64,000 bases of DNA. Origin: an uncultured Erysipelotrichaceae bacterium. Lineage in GTDB: Bacteria > Bacillota_I > Bacilli_A > RFN20 > CAG-826. Shown here in pieces: positions 8,586 to 18,578 of the stretch. Under the pieces are notes generated by a model. That model worked only from the letters and a program-made list of their open reading frames with translations, was not told the DNA's origin and did not search any database. Numbering within the stretch: the first letter of the stretch is position 1; each line of letters starts with the position of its first letter. Where the stretch lies: positions 229-64,228 of the forward strand of contig CACYSA010000013.1 in the NCBI GenBank assembly GCA_902777015.1, in the 5' to 3' direction. Position numbers and translations under genes: made by a program.

Positions 8586-9545
8586 TCAATCACACGGAAA
8601 AATGACACCGATTTGCTTTCTAATCTCGTCCATGATTTCCATGACATCTAAAGATGATTCTAAAGAGACTAGTTCGTTTGGTTTTTCACCTTTAAAGATT
8701 TCTGCGACCACTCTAAATTGACGGGCAAATTTCTTTTTTTTATCTTTAAATACTTCTTTGCCTTCTTTTGTTTTTAAGACAGCTTTACTTGTCATATGGA
8801 ATAAAGGAACTTTAATTTTTCCTTTTTCACCAACGATATAGCAATGCTCACCAACAAAGGCGTTGATTTGGCTGCTAACGTTAGCTTTAAAATCACCATA
8901 ATCAAATATCGAATCATTATAAAGATCGATACCGTTATATAGTTTTCCAGTTGATTGAATTGATTTTGGTTTGCCAAATAATTCATAAACATATCTCACT
9001 GGATAGACACCTAAATCAAGAAGTGCACCACCATATCTAGATGGATTGATGTATCTACCTTTAGCTTTGTTATAACCAAATATTGGCATATTAAATATGC
9101 AATCAACAAATTGTATTTTGCCTATTCTATCTTCTTGAATCCATTGCTTAACTTTATGAGCAACTGGGTTATACCAAGTCCACATTGCTTCTTTAAGCAT
9201 CGTGTTATTTTCTTTGCTTAACTTGATTAATTGTTCTAATTCTTTAGCGTTACCAGTAATTGGTTTTTCACATAGAACTGGTTTATGGTTTTCTAAACAT
9301 AATTTACAAAATGAAAAGTGCGTTTCATTTGTGGTCGCAATATAAACCCCATCAACGCGTGGATCGTTTATTGCGTCTAACGCACTTTCATAAACTGTAG
9401 ATTTGTATTTTTTAGCGAATTTTTCCGCTTTCTTTTTGGTGCGATTGAAAACCGAGACAATCTGATGACCAGGATTGGTGACTAATTCTTTAGCAACTTT
9501 CTTGGCGATAGCGCCGGTTCCGATAAAGCACCAATTGAATGGCAT
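8586..9545 (-). CDS. Gfo/Idh/MocA family NAD(P)-dependent oxidoreductase
   Basis: Rossmann motif FIGTGAIA directly after ATG 9545, and EKP motif LCEKP. The track's 9575 start is a TTG. ATG 9545 gives a TAAtATG junction with the upstream kinase stop. Confidence 0.8.
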   Translation of the reverse strand: MPFNWCFIGTGAIAKKVAKELVTNPGHQIVSVFNRTKKKAEKFAKKYKSTVYESALDAINDPRVDGVYIATTNETHFSFCKLCLENHKPVLCEKPITGNAKELEQLIKLSKENNTMLKEAMWTWYNPVAHKVKQWIQEDRIGKIQFVDCIFNMPIFGYNKAKGRYINPSRYGGALLDLGVYPVRYVYELFGKPKSIQSTGKLYNGIDLYNDSIFDYGDFKANVSSQINAFVGEHCYIVGEKGKIKVPLFHMTSKAVLKTKEGKEVFKDKKKKFARQFRVVAEIFKGEKPNELVSLESSLDVMEIMDEIRKQIGVIFPCD

Positions 9546-9546
9546 A

Positions 9547-11124
9547 TTAGTTATGTTGTCCTTTAACGCATTCAACTGCCTTTGCTTCCACTGGAACAGC
9601 AGCTTTATATCTTTCTAAGAACTTATTGAAGCCATTAACTTCTTCTTTAGAAGCAACAGCGACTTCTTCTTTAGCGTTAGCGAAAATCTTATTTTGTAAA
9701 TAATCTTCTAATGTTTCGCCTTTTTCTTTTTCAAGCATATAAGCGGCTAATAAGGCTTCACCATATGGACCACCTTCACCCGCACTACTTAATGTCGCAA
9801 CTGGAGCATTTAATGCCGCGCTTAATGCTTTAGCGCCTACGACTGGTGTTTTAAAGAAACCACCATGACCGTAAATCTTATTAACTTCAACACCTTGTTT
9901 GACTAAGATATCAACACCGATTCTTAAGATAGCAAGAACGGCTAAGATATGTGATTTCATGAAATTTGCTAACGACATCTTAGCGTCTGGCTCACGAACG
10001 AATAATGGTCTACCTTCTTGAACGCCAACTGCGGCTTCACCGGAGAAGTAGTTAAATGAGACTAGACCACCAGCATCTGGTTCACCTTCTAATGATTTAT
10101 TGAATAATCTGACGAATAATTCGCCACGTTGGATAGAACCACCCGCTAAAACGATAGCTTGATGTAATAATTCAACCCAAGCATTAATATCGGTTGTGCA
10201 GTTATTCGCATGAACAAGAACCGCTGGATAACCACTTGGAGAAGCGATGACATCAATCTCTTTATTCATGGCGATATCTTTATCGGTAACTAATGTGATG
10301 TTACCAGATGTACCTAATGAGGAGTTACCATAGCCCACTCTAACTGAGTTAGTGGCAATCATACCTGTACCCATATCGCCTTCTGGTGGGCAGAATGGGA
10401 TACCTGGTTGTAAAACACCTGATGGGTCAATTAATAAGGCACCTTCTTTTGTTAAGTAGCCAGCATTTTGTCCCGCAAGCATACATTTTGGTAAGATGTC
10501 TAAGATTCTCCATGGGACTTTATCTTTCACTAAATCATTGAACTTAGCGACCATTGTAGCGTCATAGTCTTTTGTGTTCTTATCTAATGGAAACATACCA
10601 GAAGCATCGTTAGCACCGATAACTTTTTGGCCAGTTAATAAATAATGCATATAACCCGCTAAGGTGGTAGCAAAGACGATGTCTTTAACTTCCTTTTCCC
10701 CATTTAATAAAGCTTGATAAATATGGGAGACACTCCAGCGTTGTGGAACGTTGAAATTAAATAAGGCAGACAATTGATCTTGCGCATCTGGGCAAATAGT
10801 GTTTTTCCAGGTGCGGAATTCTGCTAATTGGTTACCATTCTTGTCAAAGACAAGATAACCATGCATCATACCAGAAATACCAATCGCACCAACTTTAGCT
10901 AATGGACGACGATATTTTGTTTCGAATTTTTGTTTTAAACCAGCATAGCAATCCGCTAAACCGATTTTGGCTTGTTCTAATGTATAAATCCAAATACCGT
11001 TTTTTAATGTTGATTCCCAAGAATAATCGTTAGAAGCGATAATCTCGTGGTTTTCATCAAGCATGACAGCTTTAATATTGGTAGAGCCAAATTCAATACC
11101 AATTACACACTTTTCTAAAATCAT
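9547..11124 (-). CDS. FGGY-family carbohydrate kinase (xylulokinase/ribulokinase-like)
   Basis: 525 aa. IGIEFGSTNIKAV N-terminal ATPase motif, GISGMMHG, and GHGGFFKTP in the C-terminal FGGY domain. SD GGAGGG. Confidence 0.8.
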   Translation of the reverse strand: MILEKCVIGIEFGSTNIKAVMLDENHEIIASNDYSWESTLKNGIWIYTLEQAKIGLADCYAGLKQKFETKYRRPLAKVGAIGISGMMHGYLVFDKNGNQLAEFRTWKNTICPDAQDQLSALFNFNVPQRWSVSHIYQALLNGEKEVKDIVFATTLAGYMHYLLTGQKVIGANDASGMFPLDKNTKDYDATMVAKFNDLVKDKVPWRILDILPKCMLAGQNAGYLTKEGALLIDPSGVLQPGIPFCPPEGDMGTGMIATNSVRVGYGNSSLGTSGNITLVTDKDIAMNKEIDVIASPSGYPAVLVHANNCTTDINAWVELLHQAIVLAGGSIQRGELFVRLFNKSLEGEPDAGGLVSFNYFSGEAAVGVQEGRPLFVREPDAKMSLANFMKSHILAVLAILRIGVDILVKQGVEVNKIYGHGGFFKTPVVGAKALSAALNAPVATLSSAGEGGPYGEALLAAYMLEKEKGETLEDYLQNKIFANAKEEVAVASKEEVNGFNKFLERYKAAVPVEAKAVECVKGQHN

Positions 11125-11230
11125 ATTGTCCCTCCATGATAAATATGAAAATGATCACCTTCTTTATATAAGAAAAATGATATTTATAACATGACAATAT
11201 ACAAATAAATGTCCGCTATTGTTGCGGTTT

Positions 11231-14200
11231 TTACATACTTAAAATAGATTTGAGGTCTTTGATAGATAGAGATTTGATGGAAGAATCGTTGTCAGAAATG
11301 ACTTTATCGACGAGTTCTTTCTTCTCGTTTTGAAGATTAACAACTTTTTCTTCGATACTGTTTTCAGCGATAAGTTTAATAACTTCCACTGTTCTAGTTT
11401 GACCAATACGATGCGCTCTATCGCTAGCTTGACTTTCCGCAGAATAGTTCCACCATGGATCAAGATGAATGACGACATCAGCGCCAACTAAATTAAGTCC
11501 CGTACCGCCTGCTTTTAAGGAAATAAGAACGATCTTATATTGTTCATCAGTATTGAAATCATTACAGATTTTTAATCTATCTTTCGCAGATGTATCACCG
11601 GTAATCATGAAATATTTGATACCCATCTTTTCAATTTCGTCTTTGACAATATTTAAAGCGGAAACAAATTGAGAGAAGATTAAGAATCTATGGCCTTCTT
11701 CTAATTTATCTTTGATAATACCTTTTAAAGCGGTTATCTTACCTGATTCACCCACAAAGTTATCAACAAACGTTGATGGATCAACACATATTTGTCTTAA
11801 TCTTGTAATAATTGATAAGACTTCCATAATCTTAGAACCACCATCTTTTGATTTGAGTTCTTCTTTGGCTTTAAGACGGAAAGCATCATAAAGCTTTCTT
11901 TGTTCTTGACTCATTTCAGTGGTAATAATGACTTCATATTTTTCTGGTAAATCTTTCAAGACATCTTCTTTTCTTCTTCTTAAGATGAATGGGGCGACTT
12001 TATCTCTAACGATTTCATAATAGTCTTCATTATGTTCATATGAATCTTTGAAATCTTCATAATCTAATAGATAATGTGGCATTAAGAAATCAAATATTGA
12101 CCAAAGGTCATAAATATTGTTTTCAATTGGAGTACCAGTTAAGGCAATTGTATGTAAGGCATTAATTTGTTTAACCGCACCTGTCTTTTTAGCGTGCATG
12201 TTCTTAATGAACTGCGCTTCATCAAGGATACACATATCAAAAGTAATATCTGCGAGGTTTTCATATTCATTTCTTAAGGAATCGTAAGAGATGAAGAAGA
12301 CACCAAATTTATCATTTTTAATCTTCTTAATGATTTTCTTTCTTTCTTCCACTGTACCAATAATAGCGGACACGGGTATATCTTTAGCGAACTTATTAAA
12401 TTCACTAACCCAGTTGAACACTAATGATTTAGGGGAAACAATGAGAATTGGTTTTTCTTGCTTAATTGTGTTAATAAAGGCAATTGTTTCAATGGTTTTG
12501 CCTAAACCCATATCATCAGCGAGAATTCCGCCTAATGAATATTTGTATAAAACAGATAACCATTTCACGCCATCAATTTGATATGGTCTAAGATCACCAT
12601 TAATTTTAGCGATTTCAAGATTGTTTTGTGAGAAGTTCTTTAATTCATTAAAGACATCATCTAAATAGCTATCCATTGATAAGAAGCTATTATCTTTACC
12701 ATATGCTTTGAAAGCATAATAAAGTGGTAATTCTTTTTTGTTGTTTAAAGAGTTTTCACTAATTAAATCTAAGTCTTTAGCGAGACTATAGAATTCTTGA
12801 GTATCTTCGCTCATTAAATTGATGAAATTATCACCAATCTTCACGAATTTCTTTTTGCGTTTTAAACCGATTAAAATCGTTTTAAGTTCTTCTTCGCTAT
12901 AGATAGAAGAATCCACGAGCACTTCTAACATTGATCCTTCTTTTTTAATAGAGATATTTGGTGAAGAGAAGGAACTTGTCTTTCTTGAATCTAATTCTTT
13001 AGAGAAATAGACTTCAGCGACCGCTTGAAGATTTTCTAATGTGCTATTTAAGAAATCCCAAACTTGACCACCATCAGTCAAAACATGATCAAAGAAACCA
13101 TAACTCATCAATATTTCTTGATAATGTTTGATTTGTGATACTTCATAGAAATTAGTAATGTCTCTGGCCTCGACTTCTTGTTCGTTTTTGAAATATCTAG
13201 TCTTTTCATAGACATTATCTTTTTCATAATCGAAGTAGGCTTTAATAATTAAATTGGTGCCTTGAAGTTCTTTACTAATTGATTCTGCAATATTAAAGAA
13301 CTGTGGATATTTTTCAAAAAATGAATATTTAAAATTATCGAAATTATTTTGAATTGTGGACAATGGGTATGATTTAACTGAATCAATAAGGCTATTGATG
13401 TGATGATTATTAGTTAATGGTTTAATCTCATTCGCGGATTTGCAGTAATAATAATTTCTTGTTAAAGGAATATAGCCTTTTTCCACGCCATCAACCGATA
13501 AAGAATAATTATCATTAACATTAATCACCACTGGCATCGCTTCTTTAGAAACGTGATAGACTTCGTTATTGATGTATAAATAATTGTCTTTAAGAATATC
13601 TAATAATTCATCAAAGAACGTTAATGATTTTTCATTTCTTAAATCAATAAAGAAATTAGGGTTGTATTTTTCTAAAAGCACGATGATTTTTTGACTGACT
13701 TCATCAAAAGAAGATATTGAATGAGTAATTGTTAAATCTTTACCATATCTAAATTCTTCTTCACTAATGAATCTCGCTAAGAAGCGGTCAATGGAGGCAA
13801 TCTTATATTCTTTACCTTTAGCGATTGTTAAATTAACACTATAGGAATATCTTGTATCTTCTAAATAAACTTTTAATCTCGCTTTTGTGGATGCATTAGC
13901 GATTTCTTCTTTTCTAATTTCTTTAAAGACTTCACCAAGTTCTAAATCAAAAGCGCTTTGTTGTTCTCTTCTATCAACATCAGAAACCTCAAAAGCAAAT
14001 TTCGTCGATAATTGTTTTAATTGTTCATATTCTTCTTTTAATAATTTAGTAACTAAAATGGAAAAATGATGACATGGTTCTTTTTCACGGCATATTTGAC
14101 ATGAATAATGTAATCTACCTTTGAAATCTAATGAAAATTCAATGATTGGAATACGGTTTATTTTAGTAAATAGATTGAGATAGAAATAAGGATGGTTATT

Positions 14201-14308
14201 TTCATCATAATCAACACCATATTTATAATCATAGTAATAGAAAAGATCCATATCACTTTGTGATAGTTTCTCAATCTTATAATGTTCTAATAATTCTAAA
14301 ACGTTCAT
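11231..14308 (-). CDS. SNF2/SWI2-family ATPase with an N-terminal SWIM-like zinc finger (YwqA-like)
   Basis: 1025 aa. C-x2-C...C-H-H near residue 70. Helicase motifs are LADDMGLGKT (I), DEAQFIKN (II), LTGTPIENN (III), GGTGLNLVGADVVIHLDPWWN (V) and QASDRAHRIGQ (VI). Confidence 0.9.
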   Translation of the reverse strand: MNVLELLEHYKIEKLSQSDMDLFYYYDYKYGVDYDENNHPYFYLNLFTKINRIPIIEFSLDFKGRLHYSCQICREKEPCHHFSILVTKLLKEEYEQLKQLSTKFAFEVSDVDRREQQSAFDLELGEVFKEIRKEEIANASTKARLKVYLEDTRYSYSVNLTIAKGKEYKIASIDRFLARFISEEEFRYGKDLTITHSISSFDEVSQKIIVLLEKYNPNFFIDLRNEKSLTFFDELLDILKDNYLYINNEVYHVSKEAMPVVINVNDNYSLSVDGVEKGYIPLTRNYYYCKSANEIKPLTNNHHINSLIDSVKSYPLSTIQNNFDNFKYSFFEKYPQFFNIAESISKELQGTNLIIKAYFDYEKDNVYEKTRYFKNEQEVEARDITNFYEVSQIKHYQEILMSYGFFDHVLTDGGQVWDFLNSTLENLQAVAEVYFSKELDSRKTSSFSSPNISIKKEGSMLEVLVDSSIYSEEELKTILIGLKRKKKFVKIGDNFINLMSEDTQEFYSLAKDLDLISENSLNNKKELPLYYAFKAYGKDNSFLSMDSYLDDVFNELKNFSQNNLEIAKINGDLRPYQIDGVKWLSVLYKYSLGGILADDMGLGKTIETIAFINTIKQEKPILIVSPKSLVFNWVSEFNKFAKDIPVSAIIGTVEERKKIIKKIKNDKFGVFFISYDSLRNEYENLADITFDMCILDEAQFIKNMHAKKTGAVKQINALHTIALTGTPIENNIYDLWSIFDFLMPHYLLDYEDFKDSYEHNEDYYEIVRDKVAPFILRRRKEDVLKDLPEKYEVIITTEMSQEQRKLYDAFRLKAKEELKSKDGGSKIMEVLSIITRLRQICVDPSTFVDNFVGESGKITALKGIIKDKLEEGHRFLIFSQFVSALNIVKDEIEKMGIKYFMITGDTSAKDRLKICNDFNTDEQYKIVLISLKAGGTGLNLVGADVVIHLDPWWNYSAESQASDRAHRIGQTRTVEVIKLIAENSIEEKVVNLQNEKKELVDKVISDNDSSIKSLSIKDLKSILSM

Positions 14309-14309
14309 A

Positions 14310-15677
14310 TTACACTCTTGATTTCTTTGGTCTTCTAATATTAGCTTCCACTACTTCGTTAACAAATGTGCCATGTGGAATTTTCTTACTTAATTCAATC
14401 GCTAAGCGAATTGTTCTTTCATCGATATAATCGTGCTGCAAAGCCACACCAATTAATAATTCTGAAATTAAAGGATAGTCCTCTTCTTTAATAGATTCAT
14501 AATTCGCGTGAACGATTTGGATATATCTACTCTTATCATTGCTATAAGGCGCAACTTTTAAGAAATATTCTAATGGGATTTGTTTAATCTTTGCTTCATC
14601 AAATGGGAGTTCATCAAATAACAATAAATAAATACTCAATCTATTTTTCGCTGGTGAAGCGAATAAATCTTGCATGTAATAACGGTGATTCATTTGGAAC
14701 AAATAGCAATCTTTTAACTCCGCGATTTCCTCAATAGTTAAATCTTGATATTTGATATATTCCATCATTACTTGGCTCGCTAATCTCTCTTCTGAATAGT
14801 TATCTTCCGCGTGTTTTAATAATTCAATTAAAGATTTAGAATTAGGGGCTAATAAAATGTCGTATAAATTAGCTTTTCTAGTGACCCCTCTTCTTTTTTC
14901 TAATTCTTCAGAAAGATTGTTAAAAATATTGTCCGCTTCAATAAGCATTGCTTTAGTTTCTTCAGAAGCTGTTTCCACTATTTTTTGGAAGTTTTCAACA
15001 TTGTGTTGATTAAAAAATAATGGCGATAGTATATCGTTAACTACTCTAGATTTATATTGACCTCTTTGATAATAAGGTAATAATTCTTCAATAAACTTTT
15101 GGCATTTTTCAAAGCTCTTTATTTGATAAGATAGTTTGCTAACTAGTGGGAGATTATCTCCTCCTCTTAAATACAGATATCTTTCAAAAGTATCTTTGAA
15201 TGTCTTTTCTTCAGCGTTCACTAATGGTGTCATTCTGTCACTTTTTGGATTGATTAATTTCTTAATTGTTAAAAAGACAGCGTAAAGATGTTTACAAGCA
15301 CCTTCAACAGGACATGTACAAGATAAAGTGATCATTGAATTGGAATCAATTGAGATCTTAAAAGAATATTCTTTAGTGCCGACGATTGAACCATTACATT
15401 CATTCTCACTTAGATGCATATCTTTAATCGCACCATTTAAATAATCCATTGCTTTGTTTTTTGTATTTGCATCAAAGATGCCTTCATATAAACCTAGACT
15501 CACGAATTTAGAAAGTGAGATATTATCCGCGACAGATAACATTGGGTGAGACAAGATGACATTTTTCGTGGCTTTTGTTTCAGCGAAAAAGACACGACCA
15601 ATGTCGTTTGGTTCTCTTTTAATTAAGACTCCATACCCGAGCGAGACATGCTTGAGTATTAAATAACGAACTGCCAT
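14310..15677 (-). CDS. SWIM zinc-finger protein, unknown function; partner of the SNF2 ATPase
   Basis: 455 aa. Canonical SWIM motif CTCPVEGACKH (CxC-x-CxH). Its stop and the SNF2 ATG form TAAtATG. Confidence 0.75.
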   Translation of the reverse strand: MAVRYLILKHVSLGYGVLIKREPNDIGRVFFAETKATKNVILSHPMLSVADNISLSKFVSLGLYEGIFDANTKNKAMDYLNGAIKDMHLSENECNGSIVGTKEYSFKISIDSNSMITLSCTCPVEGACKHLYAVFLTIKKLINPKSDRMTPLVNAEEKTFKDTFERYLYLRGGDNLPLVSKLSYQIKSFEKCQKFIEELLPYYQRGQYKSRVVNDILSPLFFNQHNVENFQKIVETASEETKAMLIEADNIFNNLSEELEKRRGVTRKANLYDILLAPNSKSLIELLKHAEDNYSEERLASQVMMEYIKYQDLTIEEIAELKDCYLFQMNHRYYMQDLFASPAKNRLSIYLLLFDELPFDEAKIKQIPLEYFLKVAPYSNDKSRYIQIVHANYESIKEEDYPLISELLIGVALQHDYIDERTIRLAIELSKKIPHGTFVNEVVEANIRRPKKSRV

Positions 15678-15763
15678 ACCTAACCCTTATTATAGCAAAA
15701 CATCAAAAAACAAAATATATTTTTATCCATTTATTTTCAAAAAGGGGTACAATAGTCGAGGCT

Positions 15764-16291
15764 ATGGATAAAGCAAAACAAATTAAACGCATGACTAGAA
15801 ACGCAATTATGCTAGCCCTATTATGCATAATCGGGATGTTTTCTATACCTTTAGGAACAAATATTAAAGTTTCATTACAACTATTAATGGTCTTTATTAT
15901 AGGTTTAACTTCTGCTTCATTTATCGATACATTTATTATTACCTCTTTATATTTAGTAATAGGATTATTTGTACCTGTGTACGCGGGATTTAACGCTGGA
16001 GTTTCTCCAACATTTGGCTTTGTTATTTCCTTTGTGGTTTTATCTTTCCCATTATATTTCTTAAATAAATTACCAATTAAGAACCAATTCATTAGAATGG
16101 GTATTGCTTGTTTAGTATCCTTACTAATTTGTTATATCATTGGTTCTATTTTCTTAATGCTTTATTTGAAGTTAAGCATAGAAAAAGCACTACTTATTTC
16201 AGTAGTGCCTTATATCCCATTTGATATTGCAAAGATTATTATTGCAACATTAGTGGTTTCTGTTCTTCCCAAAGAAAAACTTAAGATTTAA
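15764..16291 (+). CDS. bioY: ECF-transporter S component, BioY-like (biotin)
   Basis: 175 aa, about 6 TM. The IPLGTNIKVSLQLLMVFIIGL segment resembles the BioY P-x-T-LQ-x-x-x-V-x-L-x-G motif. No cognate EcfA/T genes are adjacent. Confidence 0.55.
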   Translation: MDKAKQIKRMTRNAIMLALLCIIGMFSIPLGTNIKVSLQLLMVFIIGLTSASFIDTFIITSLYLVIGLFVPVYAGFNAGVSPTFGFVISFVVLSFPLYFLNKLPIKNQFIRMGIACLVSLLICYIIGSIFLMLYLKLSIEKALLISVVPYIPFDIAKIIIATLVVSVLPKEKLKI

Positions 16292-17287
16292 TTATTTCTT
16301 TCTTCTTAATAGTAAGCCTTTAATTACCGCTACAACAGAAACAATAATTGGTGTAAACGCAACGATTAATGTGGCGATATTTACGCTTGCAGCAAACGCT
16401 ACTGGTAAGACACCAAAGCCCGCATTACTTGGTCCATCTAAGCCTGTTGTTAAACCAGTAAGGTATAACACAATAGCGATTATAGCGACCACTAAACCAG
16501 CAATAGCTAATGGAAGTAAGAATGCTTTCTTATTTTCTTCTTTGAGTTCGTTATAGTAGAATTCCCAAACACCGATGAAAAGCATGTTAACAAAGAAGAT
16601 TAACATCAATCCGATGCAGTATAAGAGATAGCCGTGGGCAAAGTCCACGATGAATAAGCCTAAGAAGAAACTAGCGGTTGAGAATAATGCGATTAACATC
16701 CAGAAGGACATAAATGTGCAATATAAACCTCTAGCCTTGCTAACTACTGCACCTCTAGAAGGAACAACGTAAGGAATCTTTTCTTGTAACTTCTTAAGAT
16801 ACACTAAAGCGAACACACCAATAGCCACATAAATTAAGGAATAAATAATAGAATCTAATGGATATAGAGGTGAAGGCGCACCTTCCACGATGGAATGGAA
16901 TTTGCCCATAATTAACATCACGATAATAGCGATGAAGTTAACCGCGGCAAACGCTAATAAAGCAATGGCGTTTTTCTTCATGGATTTAATTCTTCTTTCG
17001 TCACTCACATTTCTAAATAAAGCATGGAATAATAACATGCCCCAAATAGACATAAAGCAAGAAAGAATTAAAGGAAGAGATCTTGTGATATCTCTAATTG
17101 CGGCGTCAGGTGAACCACTAACGATGGAACCGACAAAATCCGCAAATGCATATAATGCATTAAAGAATGTAAATGCTGAGAAAATGAATAAAACAATAAG
17201 AACGATAGAAACTAGAAGAGATTGTCTTCTCTGTGCTTTGTCAAAAGATGAAAGAACAAAGCTGTCTTTACTAAAAAACTTTTTCAT
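16292..17287 (-). CDS. Polytopic membrane protein (~9 TM), unknown function
   Basis: ATG at 17287 overlaps the upstream stop as TAATG. The track's 17302 start would add 5 residues. Confidence 0.6.
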   Translation of the reverse strand: MKKFFSKDSFVLSSFDKAQRRQSLLVSIVLIVLFIFSAFTFFNALYAFADFVGSIVSGSPDAAIRDITRSLPLILSCFMSIWGMLLFHALFRNVSDERRIKSMKKNAIALLAFAAVNFIAIIVMLIMGKFHSIVEGAPSPLYPLDSIIYSLIYVAIGVFALVYLKKLQEKIPYVVPSRGAVVSKARGLYCTFMSFWMLIALFSTASFFLGLFIVDFAHGYLLYCIGLMLIFFVNMLFIGVWEFYYNELKEENKKAFLLPLAIAGLVVAIIAIVLYLTGLTTGLDGPSNAGFGVLPVAFAASVNIATLIVAFTPIIVSVVAVIKGLLLRRKK

Positions 17288-18456
17288 TAGTATTTCACCC
17301 ATGCGACAAAGTCGCCGCCCTTTCTTTCATTTAAATATAAGTGTTCTAAATCAAACTTACCTTCGATGTTACTTTCTTCATCAGTAATGGTTACTAAGGA
17401 AGCACCAATTAAATCAAAGTTTTCAGTGATGCCTGTATCCGCTAAACCTTTTTTCATGGCAGGATCTTCACTCTTAGTGTCGATATGAGCGTAATATAAC
17501 TCAATACCTGTTTTAACGCCTAAACCCACTACTAAGTCATCCCAGGTAACAGTCCAGTCAACGTTATGAGCGTGACCCATGAATGCACCTCTAAGATTGT
17601 TTTGTTTTGCTTCATCTAAAAAGTTAGAAGCATACTCTTCGTTACCATTATCGGCAAAGCCTTCAAGCTTGAAGAATTTATTTTTATGAGAAGTTGGATT
17701 CTTTTGCACTTCGTCATATAACTTTTGATTTTCTTCTTGTGGAATGTGATAGTAAGCAAGACCTGGAACATCAATAGTTGTTGTGGCATTTGCCAGTATG
17801 TGTTCTTCTTTCCACCAATTAACTTGTTCTGTACGGATATAGTCATAATCTCTAAATGGTGATAACGCTGTTTCAGAGAATGAAGCACCAGAATCAAGGT
17901 TAGCAATTTGCCATTTAACTTCAGAGCCTTTATTACCATCAGCGGTTAAGTTAATCATGAAATTACTTCTACCGTAGATATCATCATTTGGTTCGAAATA
18001 TAAAGAATTCTTAGCCTTAGCGAATCTATCACCAATCCAGTTTGGATTATACATGCCATGTCTATCGTGGTTACCCCAGATAGAAGCATATTTAAATCCA
18101 TATTCTTCAGATTTCTTTTCAAAATATTTAATAAAAGAATCGACATGGTATGAGTTTGCGAGCATAAACATATCACCTGTTAATTCAACTAGATCAATCT
18201 TAGCGCCTGCTCCTTGAGTGTCGACAATGTGCTTGTTTGCTTCCGCTAGAACCTTATCCATATATCTTTCAGATTCGTAGGTGGATGAGTTAATGTTCCA
18301 GTGAATATCGGTTAGTTGAAGAATGTTGAAATTTTGATGATACTTCATTGTGAAGACGTAATCATCAAGATGTTCTCTATACTTCTTAACCTGGCCACAA
18401 CCGGTTAAAAGAAGTGGCACTAGTAGTACAGGTATAAACCTTGTATTTTTCTTCAT
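17287..18456 (-). CDS. Calcineurin-like metallophosphoesterase lipoprotein
   Basis: 389 aa. Lipobox LLTGC. Motifs DIH, TGDMF, WGNHD and GHAHN. Confidence 0.8.
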   Translation of the reverse strand: MKKNTRFIPVLLVPLLLTGCGQVKKYREHLDDYVFTMKYHQNFNILQLTDIHWNINSSTYESERYMDKVLAEANKHIVDTQGAGAKIDLVELTGDMFMLANSYHVDSFIKYFEKKSEEYGFKYASIWGNHDRHGMYNPNWIGDRFAKAKNSLYFEPNDDIYGRSNFMINLTADGNKGSEVKWQIANLDSGASFSETALSPFRDYDYIRTEQVNWWKEEHILANATTTIDVPGLAYYHIPQEENQKLYDEVQKNPTSHKNKFFKLEGFADNGNEEYASNFLDEAKQNNLRGAFMGHAHNVDWTVTWDDLVVGLGVKTGIELYYAHIDTKSEDPAMKKGLADTGITENFDLIGASLVTITDEESNIEGKFDLEHLYLNERKGGDFVAWVKY

Positions 18457-18508
18457 AAGAAAATTCCCTTTCTTTAATAGTTAGACATAATGTCTTTTCA
18501 CATGAGTG

Positions 18509-18521
18509 ATTATAACACGCG
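18509..18521 (-). promoter_or_regulatory. Extended -10 promoter element (gene strand CGCGTGTTATAAT)
   Basis: TGnTATAAT on the minus strand, about 50 nt upstream of ATG 18456. Confidence 0.45.
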
Positions 18522-18578
18522 AAAAAAACTATAAAACGAAATGAACAGTTTAGTTGTACAAAAAGTTACGAATGTAAA

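Noticed and set aside
8297-8605. 102-aa + strand ORF rich in W/F/L/C/S
   Set aside because: It is the antisense reading of the K/A/P repeat gene (8144..8521). The low-complexity mirror composition, the lack of an SD and the overlap with a well-supported gene all argue against it.
9547-9575. Apparent 29-nt overlap between the FGGY kinase and the Gfo/Idh/MocA gene
   Set aside because: The overlap comes from the track using a TTG at 9575. ATG 9545 places the Rossmann motif at the N-terminus and gives a TAAtATG junction.
11205-11230. Possible terminator after the SNF2 gene (CCGC-AACAATA-GCGG)
   Set aside because: The stem is only 4 bp and there is no convincing T-run, so it is too weak to call.
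15703-16092. 129-aa minus-strand ORF overlapping bioY
   Set aside because: It lies entirely inside the better-supported BioY-like membrane gene on the opposite strand. Its composition is typical of the antisense of a TM-rich gene.
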